Source of the DNA: an uncultured Candidatus Poseidoniales archaeon
Lineage (GTDB): Archaea > Thermoplasmatota > Poseidoniia > Poseidoniales > Poseidoniaceae
Assembly (NCBI GenBank): GCA_964412625.1
Contig: CAYPPO010000001.1
Span: 2,323 to 66,322 of the forward strand
Reading direction: 5' to 3'
DNA: 64,000 bases
Positions 8,303-16,855 of the stretch are shown here, piece after piece. The position numbers were made by a program, and so were the translations under genes. The notes under the pieces are model-generated. The model worked only from the letters and a program-made list of their open reading frames with translations, searched no databases and was not told where the DNA came from. The stretch's first letter is position 1. The number at the start of each line of letters is the position of its first letter.

Positions 8303-9199
8303 ATGGCGGTGATTGGCACAGGACAAGCTCATGGTGCTTGCAGCTTGTTACATGCAGCCGGCACTGGGTATGGCGCCTCTTTATCTCTTGATTTACCGGT
8401 AATTGTTAAAGCACTTGACAAACCGAGCAAAAGAGAACTAAACGACGGTGATAACCTTCTTACTAAAGTCGTTGAGATATGGGTTGAAAACCAATTACCA
8501 TTGCCTAAAAATTTAGAAAAAGAGGACATTAATTGGGCTGTTGCTTCAAAAATACCCCAAAGCAGAGGGTTAAAATCGAGTGCCGCGATATCTGTTGCAG
8601 CAATAAAAGCACTTTGTGATGCTACGCAAACCGAACTGAACGATGCTGAAATAGTTAGCCTATCTTCTCAAGCCCAAGTTGCAGCAGGGGTCTCGATAAC
8701 TGGTTCGATTGATGATTCATGGGCTTGTCTAACGAAAGGGTGGAAACTTATCGATGCAAATTCAGAAGATATCTCCGAAGGGGTGGTTATGGAAGGACCC
8801 GGACTAAATTCCGATGATTGGTTAGTTTTGATCGCCGCAAGAGATTCTAGGAAAAATAGACCGCAACTTGAGGATTTCACACCTATGTATGGTGAATTTG
8901 AGAAAGCATTGATAGCCTTACAGCAGGGTGAATTGCTGAATTGTATGACAATCAATGGACGAGCGATGTGCTCGGTTACCAATGACATACAAGGAAGAAA
9001 AATATCCAATGACGCATTCCTTAACGGCGCCCGCTCCTCGGGTATGAGCGGGAGCGGTCCTGCGATAGTGATTGTTGTCCCATCATTGCTACAAGACTCG
9101 GCAAAGCGCATTAAATCTGCATTGCTTAGACTTATGCCGGATAATCAAATAATTGAGACAAAGTTTTTGTCAATGGATTCTGACGAATTAGAAATGTAA
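8303..9199 (+). CDS. Shikimate kinase, archaeal GHMP-kinase type
   Basis: GHMP motif IPQSRGLKSSAAISVAAIKAL and C-terminal SGSGPAIVIV. Lies between aroB' and aroC. Confidence 0.8.
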   Translation: MAVIGTGQAHGACSLLHAAGTGYGASLSLDLPVIVKALDKPSKRELNDGDNLLTKVVEIWVENQLPLPKNLEKEDINWAVASKIPQSRGLKSSAAISVAAIKALCDATQTELNDAEIVSLSSQAQVAAGVSITGSIDDSWACLTKGWKLIDANSEDISEGVVMEGPGLNSDDWLVLIAARDSRKNRPQLEDFTPMYGEFEKALIALQQGELLNCMTINGRAMCSVTNDIQGRKISNDAFLNGARSSGMSGSGPAIVIVVPSLLQDSAKRIKSALLRLMPDNQIIETKFLSMDSDELEM

Positions 9200-9248
9200 A
9201 TTATTGCGCAGGTTCTTGAACCAACGCCTGTAGGAAATACCGATACTG

Positions 9249-10331
9249 ATGCAGATGAGCCTAGGTGAAGTCCTCCGACTTACCTTATTTGGTACAAGCC
9301 ATGGTCCACGTGTTGGTGCCTACTTGGCAGGTGTGCCAAAAGGAATTAGGATAAATCCTGGTAATATTCAGCGCGCAATGAATGAACGAAAACCCGGTGG
9401 AAGATATGCTAGTAAGCGTAAAGAGCCAGATGTAGTCGAATTATTATCTGGAATAAATGATTCAATTACCACTGGCGAGGTTATTGAAATATCTATCAAA
9501 AATAGCGATGTTAGGACCAAAGACTACTCGTTCTTGCCTAACCAGCCAAGGCCCGGTCACCAAGATATGGTTATGATGAAAAAGACTGATGGTAAAGCAG
9601 ACTTACGTGGAGGTGGCACATCCAGTGCGAGACTTACTGCGCCAATAGTGGCTGCTGCTGCAATCATCACTCCAATTACCAAGGCACTAAAGATTTCCAT
9701 TGATGCGCATGTTTCCTCAATTGGTAGCATAAATGCAAATCCAATATCTACTTGTCCCCCAAAATGGGCGAATGAAGCATGTCAAAATATCAGATGTCGA
9801 GATCCTAAGGCTGCAAGTGACATGATCAAGATTGTCGAAGAAAGCCGAAGAAACCTGGACTCAATAGGTAGTGAAGTAGAATTAAAAATATCTGGAATGC
9901 CAATCGGAATCGGCGAACCATGGTTTGATGGAATCGAGCCTTATTTGGCTAGAGCAATGATGTCGATACCCGCTGCTAGAGGAGTTGAATTCGGCAAAGG
10001 GTTCTCTGTTGTAGGAATGGCAGGTAGTGAACACAATAACCCCTGGGGAGGCGATAAAGAGAATCCAGTATTACTTGGAGAAAAACCAGATGGCGCCTTA
10101 GCTGGTTTATCGACTGGTTCAGACTTATTTTGTAAAGTTGCCTTTAAGCCACCATCTAGCATCCCAAAAGAACAAGTCACACTTAACCTAGAATCTAACC
10201 AACAAGAAACCTTGATTGTTAAGGGTAGACATGACCCTGTTCTTGCTCCTAGGGCTGTTGCAGTTGTTGAAGCAATGGCCAAGTTTGTCGTTACAGACCT
10301 AGCATTGCGAGGAGGATTTTTCAATGAATGA
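9249..10331 (+). CDS. aroC: Chorismate synthase
   Basis: LRLTLFGTSHGPRVGAYLAGVPKG (FGESHG block), RPGHQD, GGGTSSARLTA, and KGRHDPVLAPRAVAVVEAM are the conserved AroC signatures. Confidence 0.9.
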   Translation: MQMSLGEVLRLTLFGTSHGPRVGAYLAGVPKGIRINPGNIQRAMNERKPGGRYASKRKEPDVVELLSGINDSITTGEVIEISIKNSDVRTKDYSFLPNQPRPGHQDMVMMKKTDGKADLRGGGTSSARLTAPIVAAAAIITPITKALKISIDAHVSSIGSINANPISTCPPKWANEACQNIRCRDPKAASDMIKIVEESRRNLDSIGSEVELKISGMPIGIGEPWFDGIEPYLARAMMSIPAARGVEFGKGFSVVGMAGSEHNNPWGGDKENPVLLGEKPDGALAGLSTGSDLFCKVAFKPPSSIPKEQVTLNLESNQQETLIVKGRHDPVLAPRAVAVVEAMAKFVVTDLALRGGFFNE

Positions 10332-11643
10332 CGTAGTTGTTCACAAATTTGGTGGCTCTTGTCTGAGAGATTCATCAGACCTCGAAGTTATTACTAAAAT
10401 AATAAAATCACGTCCCAGCAGAATTGTGGTCGTTGTTTCAGCATTGTGGGGCACAACTGACCGATTACTCAGAGCAGCAAACGAACCAAGATATGCAACG
10501 AGGTTAGTATCTGATTTGAGAAAACAACATCTAAGATTCTCGCCAAAAATTGATGAGTCGATATTTGCTGATAAATTCAACAACGTATTGAGTGGCATAG
10601 ATAAATCGCTATTTAACCTCTCCAAAAATCCAGATAGCTTTGTTGATGTCAATACATTACTCGCTGCCGGTGAGAGACTTTCCGCACTGGTAGTTGCTAA
10701 TGAATTACGAAAACAAGGCTTGGATGCCAATGCAGTTGGTTCTGAGGATGTTGGAATTTGTTTGAATGGAACCGATACTGCAACAAATGTTGATATCGAA
10801 AAATCAATACAAAGGCTCGACCACTCTGCATTTAGGGGTATTCCAGTAATCACCGGATGGTTTGGTGAGGGGCGAGACGGGAATCTAGCGCTATTAGGTA
10901 GAGGAGGAAGTGACCATACTGCGGCAGCGATTGCAAGAATTTTGGACGCCAAAAAATTGATTTTATGGAAAGATGTTGATGGTGTTCTATCAGTTAATCC
11001 ACGGTGGGGAGTAAACTCCACACCAATCCCTTACCTTGGTTATGATGAGGCTAGAGAGTTGTCAAGAGTCGATGCACCAGTAATTCATCACACAACCATG
11101 ATTCCAATCAAAGATTATGGTATACCTGTCGAAATCAGAAATCTCCACTCTTCGTTTGATGACAGCGCACCAACTGTCATAGGGCCGAATATAATACAAT
11201 CAAATCAATTGAAAGCCATTGGATGTATGAGGAGTGTAGCCAAAATCACGGTAGAAATTGGTGATATTGCAAGTCAAAGCAAGATATTGGGCAACATGTT
11301 GATTAGATTAGATGAAGAAAGTGTAACTTGTTGGTCTGTCAAGTCCAGTCCTTCGAAGATTGACTTTGTCGTATCTCAGCAACAATTACCCACTGCAGAG
11401 TCTGTTATTCAGCGAAGCCTACCAATTTCAAATATCGAGTACTATTCTTGCTTGATATCGTTTATTGGCACCAACAACAAAGAAATGATTGATGAAAAAA
11501 TTGCAAAAGTTAACTCAACTACAATAAGAGTATCATATTTAGACTCTACAGAACTTTCTGTGCAATACATATGTGACACAGATGATATCAAAAGTCTCAT
11601 GGGCACTTTATCAAAAATTGTGCTAGAGAAACCAAAAGCCTAG
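10324..11643 (+). CDS. Aspartate kinase (amino-acid kinase domain plus C-terminal ACT-like region)
   Basis: VHKFGGSCL, VVVVSALWGTTDRLL, LLGRGGSDHTAAAIA. The start overlaps the aroC stop by 8 nt. Confidence 0.8.
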   Translation: MNDVVVHKFGGSCLRDSSDLEVITKIIKSRPSRIVVVVSALWGTTDRLLRAANEPRYATRLVSDLRKQHLRFSPKIDESIFADKFNNVLSGIDKSLFNLSKNPDSFVDVNTLLAAGERLSALVVANELRKQGLDANAVGSEDVGICLNGTDTATNVDIEKSIQRLDHSAFRGIPVITGWFGEGRDGNLALLGRGGSDHTAAAIARILDAKKLILWKDVDGVLSVNPRWGVNSTPIPYLGYDEARELSRVDAPVIHHTTMIPIKDYGIPVEIRNLHSSFDDSAPTVIGPNIIQSNQLKAIGCMRSVAKITVEIGDIASQSKILGNMLIRLDEESVTCWSVKSSPSKIDFVVSQQQLPTAESVIQRSLPISNIEYYSCLISFIGTNNKEMIDEKIAKVNSTTIRVSYLDSTELSVQYICDTDDIKSLMGTLSKIVLEKPKA

Positions 11644-11645
11644 TA

Positions 11646-12569
11646 CTATTCTGCCCGCTTTTCTCTAAATTTCTGTAGATGATTTGGTAAGTTTAGAGCA
11701 AAGAGTCCACCAACAACACAGAACACGAAGAATGAACCAAGTGCTACCCCATAAACTGAGATCAACTCAACCGATTCTTCCATCCTTGTTGCCGTATCTG
11801 AAGAGAATATCCCTACTATGAATGGTAGTATTGTGTTTGCGGACAGTACAATGATGGCTAATATTGCCGCAGTAATAGGATTGATAACTAGTGAGCGATG
11901 GTATTTCCCTACGATCTTCTTTGGATTCATCACATAAACTTCGTTGGTTCTGATGCTTGTGTCTAGCATCGAGTATCTTATTACCCCGTTCGCTAACTCA
12001 AAATACATGACCAATAATACTGCATAACTGACAACTAGAATATTCAAAAGTGCCGGATTGTCTTGTAACTCAAACGGATCTGTAGCCAATGAAACCTTGG
12101 AGGCAGCAAAACGCATGATTGCTAGAATAAACATTAGGTTACTGACCAGGGTAAACCTCCCATCTCTTTGCATCGTACCCCAAAACCCTGTTCCGGCCGC
12201 GATTACAATTATGACGATCTGCATAATGAATGAAATTGCTAAACTGCCAGTAATCATGTACCAAAGTGTTCCTTCTGGCGGAGAAATCATGTATGTTAGC
12301 AACGAAAGAGCAACAAGTACTCCGTATACTGCAAGTTGAAGGTTTTGAACCATACGGTCTGGTGGTAAAAATTTCGTCTTTGCAACTAAAGGCCCTCCAA
12401 GTAAACTCTCGATAAATGTCGGCATTTCGACCGTCGGTATCGCATCCTTCGGAATTTCTGAACCGGCACCTGCTTGCCCTGCTAGCTTCTTTCTCGAAGG
12501 GGCTGAGGACCTAACTTTTTTGCCCTCATAAAGGACCCTTGTGTCTCCCGATGGCTTATTCATTGTCAT
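11646..12569 (-). CDS. Polytopic membrane protein of unknown function, last gene of the MoxR module
   Basis: 307-aa ORF with a ~70-aa cytosolic N-terminus followed by about 7 hydrophobic helices. Starts 9 nt downstream of the DUF58 gene stop. Confidence 0.5.
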   Translation of the reverse strand: MTMNKPSGDTRVLYEGKKVRSSAPSRKKLAGQAGAGSEIPKDAIPTVEMPTFIESLLGGPLVAKTKFLPPDRMVQNLQLAVYGVLVALSLLTYMISPPEGTLWYMITGSLAISFIMQIVIIVIAAGTGFWGTMQRDGRFTLVSNLMFILAIMRFAASKVSLATDPFELQDNPALLNILVVSYAVLLVMYFELANGVIRYSMLDTSIRTNEVYVMNPKKIVGKYHRSLVINPITAAILAIIVLSANTILPFIVGIFSSDTATRMEESVELISVYGVALGSFFVFCVVGGLFALNLPNHLQKFREKRAE

Positions 12570-12578
12570 GTCCTCACC

Positions 12579-13901
12579 TCAAAATCCTCTTGCGCCTGCC
12601 AGCGCTGTTGACAGCAACATATCTGGCTCCCAGTCCATAATATTGACACCTAGGCCTCTCAATTCACCAATCAACACATCCCGCTCTGTCTTTAACACTT
12701 CATATCCTGTACGGTCAATTCTCTTGGCATCAAACTCAAATTCGAGCGATGAAGGTGAAAGAACTGTTACATCAAAATTTCTAGCCCTAAAATCTCTTAA
12801 TGCGCTAACAATAGTAGGATCGTCTTCTAGATTTGACAAGAATATTATCGGACTTCCTTTGTTGATATGAGGCATAATTCGATTAACTACCACCTGTAAG
12901 GGAATATTACCTCTTGCTACTGCTCCGGCTAATTTTGTTAGGATGACATACAATTGTTTCTTCCCTGTATCACGGTCTACACTAACAACTTCATCACCAT
13001 AAACAATTACTCCTACCGAGTCTCTCCTGCTTAGGAAATATTTTGCTAATGACGCTGCTGCTCTAGTTGAGTAAACCAATGCATTTCTAGATACTGGACC
13101 GGTTTCAGACACTGCTCTCGAGTCGACAATAATTATGATATCAGATACAGCATCTCTTTCTCGCTCGTTGACCATTAATTTCCCTGAACGTGCGTAAGCA
13201 GACCAATTAATTGCTCTAAATGAATCTCCTTCGAAGTACTCTCTTAATGAGTAAAACTCTGATCCAGGCCCTGGTTGCCTTATGTTAACTGCACCAGTGA
13301 ATATTTTTGGAACTCTTGACTTGACAAATGTTTCTTTGAGGTCTTCCATTTTTGGGAACACAAGGAAATCATCGTAGACATGCATTTCTTTTTCCTTGTG
13401 AAACAAACCGAATGGATCTTGAATTCTAACCGCAACGGGACCGATGCTGTAAAATCCTCTTAATGGGCACTCGATGGTATACTCGATAAAAGTCTCTCTT
13501 CTAGGGCCCAATTCCATCAAAATATAATTCGAACCCTCCTTTATTCTCATCACTTCTGGAACCCTATCTCTAACTTCAAGTATCTTAGGCAGAGGTGAAT
13601 TATTTTGCATACGAAGTGTTACATTCAACTCTCCATCTTCAAACAATCTTGCGCTGGAAAGTTTTCGCATTGCAATTACACTGCCCAATGCAATCCCCTC
13701 TTCGCCAGACCATTCCTCTGCTCTGCGACCAGTAGAAGCCACATCAGCATGACCACCAAATAGGGCAGCCCAAGTTAGGAAAACGAATATAACAACCGCA
13801 ATGGTCACTAATTGTTCGTTACGTAGCGTTAAGCCTAGCAAATACATCGCTATGGCTAAACTACCTAACATTGCTGATTTGCGACTCCACATGATTAACA
13901 C
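12579..13901 (-). CDS. DUF58 family protein (vWA-like, two N-terminal TM helices)
   Basis: FYSLREYFEGDSFRAINWSAYARSGKLMVNERE is the DUF58 signature block. N-terminal helices LGSLAIAMYLLGLTL and IAVVIFVFLTWAALFG. Confidence 0.8.
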   Translation of the reverse strand: MLIMWSRKSAMLGSLAIAMYLLGLTLRNEQLVTIAVVIFVFLTWAALFGGHADVASTGRRAEEWSGEEGIALGSVIAMRKLSSARLFEDGELNVTLRMQNNSPLPKILEVRDRVPEVMRIKEGSNYILMELGPRRETFIEYTIECPLRGFYSIGPVAVRIQDPFGLFHKEKEMHVYDDFLVFPKMEDLKETFVKSRVPKIFTGAVNIRQPGPGSEFYSLREYFEGDSFRAINWSAYARSGKLMVNERERDAVSDIIIIVDSRAVSETGPVSRNALVYSTRAAASLAKYFLSRRDSVGVIVYGDEVVSVDRDTGKKQLYVILTKLAGAVARGNIPLQVVVNRIMPHINKGSPIIFLSNLEDDPTIVSALRDFRARNFDVTVLSPSSLEFEFDAKRIDRTGYEVLKTERDVLIGELRGLGVNIMDWEPDMLLSTALAGARGF

Positions 13902-13915
13902 CTATCAGTAGAGAT

Positions 13916-15079
13916 TCAAACGGTTGGCACTGGTACTTCTCGTAGAATTGTTTGAATTACTTCACCTGCTTCAAGACCCTTTATTTGATGCTCAGGCTTT
14001 AGAATAATTCTGTGAGCGATGGCCAATTCTGAGACGGCCTTGACATCGTCCGGAGTGACGAAATCTCTCCCTCTAAGCGCTGCAGCCGCTCTTGAAGTCT
14101 TGAGCAATGCTTGTGAACCACGAGGCGATGAGCCAACAAGTACTCTTGGATCCTCTCTGGTTCGAGCGACAATCTCAACCATATACATTCTAAGTGCCGG
14201 GTCGACATAGACATCCTCACAGGCTTGCTGCATAGCAATAACTCTCTGAGGATCGGTAATTACATCAACATCTACCGCGTCTTTTCCACGTGAAATACGT
14301 CGAGATAGAATTTCATCTTCATCGGCACGGTCTGGATATCCCACAGACATCTTGAACATAAATCGGTCAAGTTGCGCTTCCGGGAGCGGATATGTACCTT
14401 CTTGTTCGACCGGATTTTGGGTAGCCATGACAATAAACGGTGCTGGTAACTTGTGAGTTACTGTACCGATTGTCACTTGCTTCTCTTGCATAGCCTCTAG
14501 CAGTGCCGCTTGAGTCTTTGGCGGGGCACGGTTAATCTCATCAGCGAGGAGCAAATTACAGAATAAAGGTCCTGGCTTGAAAGTAAATTCTCCCTTCTTC
14601 GCATCATAAATATTGGTACCAGTAATATCTGCAGGTAACAAGTCAGGCGTAAATTGCACACGCTTGAAGTCACAGCCTAGCGCGTCGGCGAAAGTATTCG
14701 TCATCAATGTCTTCGCCAAACCGGGATAATCTTCGAACAGAAGATTTCCGTTGGATAGAATATTGATGAGTACATTATCGATAATGTGAGCTTTACCGAT
14801 AATTACTTTCTGAACTTCAGCGCTTATCGCTTGAGCGATAGCGCCAACAGCAGACAGTCTCTCACGAACTTCTGGGGTACTCTGGTGCTTCGGCTGTGCC
14901 GGAGCGGCCGGGGCTGCTGGGGGTGCTGGGGCAGGTGCTGCTGGCATCGGTGCGGGCATTGGAGCCGCAGGCGCGGGTGCTGCTGGCATTGGTGGTGCTG
15001 GCATTGGCGCTGCCGGTGCAGGTACTGCTGGCATCCCTGGCTGCGTTGGCGCAGGCTGGGGTGGGGGGGCTGGTTGCAT
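13916..15079 (-). CDS. MoxR-family AAA+ ATPase with a ~65-aa Pro/Ala-rich N-terminal extension
   Basis: LFEDYPGLAKTLM (Walker A-like), LLADEINRAPPKTQAALLEAMQE (Walker B/sensor), ATQNPVEQEGTYPLPEAQLDRF and LVGSSPRGSQALL are canonical MoxR blocks. Confidence 0.9.
   Translation of the reverse strand: MQPAPPPQPAPTQPGMPAVPAPAAPMPAPPMPAAPAPAAPMPAPMPAAPAPAPPAAPAAPAQPKHQSTPEVRERLSAVGAIAQAISAEVQKVIIGKAHIIDNVLINILSNGNLLFEDYPGLAKTLMTNTFADALGCDFKRVQFTPDLLPADITGTNIYDAKKGEFTFKPGPLFCNLLLADEINRAPPKTQAALLEAMQEKQVTIGTVTHKLPAPFIVMATQNPVEQEGTYPLPEAQLDRFMFKMSVGYPDRADEDEILSRRISRGKDAVDVDVITDPQRVIAMQQACEDVYVDPALRMYMVEIVARTREDPRVLVGSSPRGSQALLKTSRAAAALRGRDFVTPDDVKAVSELAIAHRIILKPEHQIKGLEAGEVIQTILREVPVPTV
14885..15079 (-). 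repeat. GC-rich low-complexity coding tract (Pro/Ala/Met repeats) at the 5' end of the MoxR gene
   Basis: Encodes MQPAPPPQPAPTQPGMPAVPAPAAPMPAPPMPAAPAPAAPMPAPMPAAPAPAPPAAPAAPAQP. The DNA shows recurring GGTGCTGCTGGCAT(T/C)GG units. The stop-free GC-rich stretch produces three spurious overlapping track ORFs. Confidence 0.85.
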
Positions 15080-15097
15080 GTCTATTTCCTCCTAATT

Positions 15098-16750
15098 TCA
15101 TTTACCCCAACGACGTATTTGGGGAATCACTTCCCGTAATTCTTCGTTGGAGTAGGAACGGTTAGAACTTATCAGTTCTACTAAGCGGGGATCTTTTACC
15201 ATATACATTATTTCCGCTGGTGATTTACGAGCAAATTCGTCTCTTGTCAAGTCATTAAACTGTCTTACTTTAGACAAAAAGGCTTCTCTAACTCGCATTT
15301 GGTACTTGGATGAATCTATTTTAGTTGGCCTTTCTCTAAATCTTGTTAGGTCAAAAACATGTCTCCAATTTTCTTTTTCAGGAACCACCATAATGGCAAT
15401 CGCCAATAAAGCAAACAGATTCAGGATAATCAACCATTTTAGTACATTATCACTGGTCAAGAGTACTACTGCGCCAATCGCCTCAGTAAAAGGAGATGAG
15501 AGGGCACTTGATACGTGTCTACTTTCATCAAAAACAAGATTAAACTCAGAGGGGTCTCTCGTAACTTTGGTGGTTATCTCTTCATTATCAAATTCCATCA
15601 TATCATAGAACAATGCTTGGAAATATGGGCCGTTGCCATTCCACACCACCTCTCCACCGTCACTAGAAAACAATGCGCTGTCCCAGCATGCATGTGAATT
15701 CTCCAGGGCATTGGACACGTATAATGGAGATTCGCATTGTTGTTTTCCAGTTTCTTCGCCAATGGTTTGATTCCAAAGGTGATTAGCCAAAACGGAATGG
15801 TCTGAAACAAACACAATTGAGCCTGTAACGTCAACCTCGCCAAAGTTATTGTTCGGCTGCTCCTCTAGTACTTCGATACCTGGGAAATCCATGCGTATTA
15901 TGAGACCTGTTTTCCCTTCACCAAGAGATGGATTGTTTAGGTTATCGATATTCGTATCTTGTCGTGCAATGAAAGCCGGAGTTGAAGCATGAGCAAGAAC
16001 CATAACATCTCTATCATCTTCGACATCTTCGTCTAAAACCTGAATGGCTGTTGCTCGATGAAATAAAACAGGCATTCTACAGTCGTTTACTTGAGCATTA
16101 GCAATCGCACTAGCAGAGCAAGGGACGTGCTTTTCATCACCCATTTGGGTGACATCCCTAGTAATACTGGCAGCGGCCCACAACTTCCTTTCATCTGGAT
16201 TGAGTGCTTCCCCTGACTCGTCTACTACCTCGTAAAATTGGAACGGATCTACCACAGGTGCATCAAAATACTTCACCCCAAACTCACTCGCAACGAGTTG
16301 AGCATTGGTAGAGTTTGAGGCTAGGATTACCTTGCCACCTTTCTTAGTTACAAAGTCGTATATCGCAGATGCTTCGGCAGAATCGAACGGTTTTTCTGGA
16401 GCAGCAATGACAAGTAGTGTACGGTGGGGGTCTTTCCAGTCATTAACCAACATCGGAGTGGACATTGTATTGGCTACTGTGTATCCAGTACCATCATCGC
16501 CTAAATTTGCCCGCATTTCTGTTAGTTGAATGTTGAAATAATCTGGGTCTTCTTCATAAGGAGAGAACACGGTTTCTTTGTTTAAACTAAACAAACCAAT
16601 TAGCAATACAGAAACCAGAAGGGACACAGCAAATCCAACCTTGAGCCATGTCTCAAGACTGATTTTCTTGCCTCCTTCTACACCCATGTAAATCCCCCTT
16701 TTGGATAATGCACTAGGCACTACTATGCCCTCGAGATTCTTTCCACTCAT
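15098..16750 (-). CDS. Bitopic membrane protein with large external domain, DUF4350/GldG-like, first gene of the MoxR module
   Basis: TM near each end (VGFAVSLLVSVLLIGLF; LIILNLFALLAIAIMVV). TLLVIAAPEKPFDSAEASAIYDFVTKKGGKVILASN resembles the DUF4350 core. Family call is from memory. Confidence 0.5.
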   Translation of the reverse strand: MSGKNLEGIVVPSALSKRGIYMGVEGGKKISLETWLKVGFAVSLLVSVLLIGLFSLNKETVFSPYEEDPDYFNIQLTEMRANLGDDGTGYTVANTMSTPMLVNDWKDPHRTLLVIAAPEKPFDSAEASAIYDFVTKKGGKVILASNSTNAQLVASEFGVKYFDAPVVDPFQFYEVVDESGEALNPDERKLWAAASITRDVTQMGDEKHVPCSASAIANAQVNDCRMPVLFHRATAIQVLDEDVEDDRDVMVLAHASTPAFIARQDTNIDNLNNPSLGEGKTGLIIRMDFPGIEVLEEQPNNNFGEVDVTGSIVFVSDHSVLANHLWNQTIGEETGKQQCESPLYVSNALENSHACWDSALFSSDGGEVVWNGNGPYFQALFYDMMEFDNEEITTKVTRDPSEFNLVFDESRHVSSALSSPFTEAIGAVVLLTSDNVLKWLIILNLFALLAIAIMVVPEKENWRHVFDLTRFRERPTKIDSSKYQMRVREAFLSKVRQFNDLTRDEFARKSPAEIMYMVKDPRLVELISSNRSYSNEELREVIPQIRRWGK

Positions 16751-16755
16751 AATGC

Positions 16756-16773
16756 TTGCTCATCTATGAGCAA
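16756..16773. promoter_or_regulatory. Perfect 8-bp inverted repeat TTGCTCAT-CT-ATGAGCAA, 6 nt upstream of the DUF4350-like gene start
   Basis: Read directly from the sequence. It lies in the 105-nt gap between the CARDB-like gene stop (16856) and ATG 16750. Confidence 0.4.
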
Positions 16774-16828
16774 ATTGACACAATGGTTTAAGGTTCATGA
16801 ATGTAAAAATTCCTTCCACTTCTTTGTA

Positions 16829-16837
16829 ATAAAAAAG
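16829..16837 (-). terminator. Oligo-T tract (T6 on the minus strand) about 20 nt after the stop of the 320-aa gene; candidate archaeal terminator
   Basis: Minus-strand read after TAA: AAAATAGCCCTCAGTGCGCTTTTTTATTAC. Archaeal RNAP commonly terminates at oligo-T. Confidence 0.35.
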
Positions 16838-16855
16838 CGCACTGAGGGCTATTTT

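Noticed and set aside
7455-11021. Long antisense ORFs inside the aro/aspartokinase operon (7455-7970, 8668-9111, 9941-10375, 10341-11021)
   Set aside because: Each lies opposite a CDS with strong family motifs. The antisense products have no motifs and atypical composition.
14786-15165. Three overlapping track ORFs (14786-15139 +, 14862-15101 -, 14896-15165 +) rich in Cys/Trp/Arg or Ser/Thr/Ala
   Set aside because: They lie in the stop-free GC-rich Pro/Ala repeat tract at the 5' end of the MoxR gene. Only the MoxR frame continues into a recognisable protein. The others are composition artefacts.
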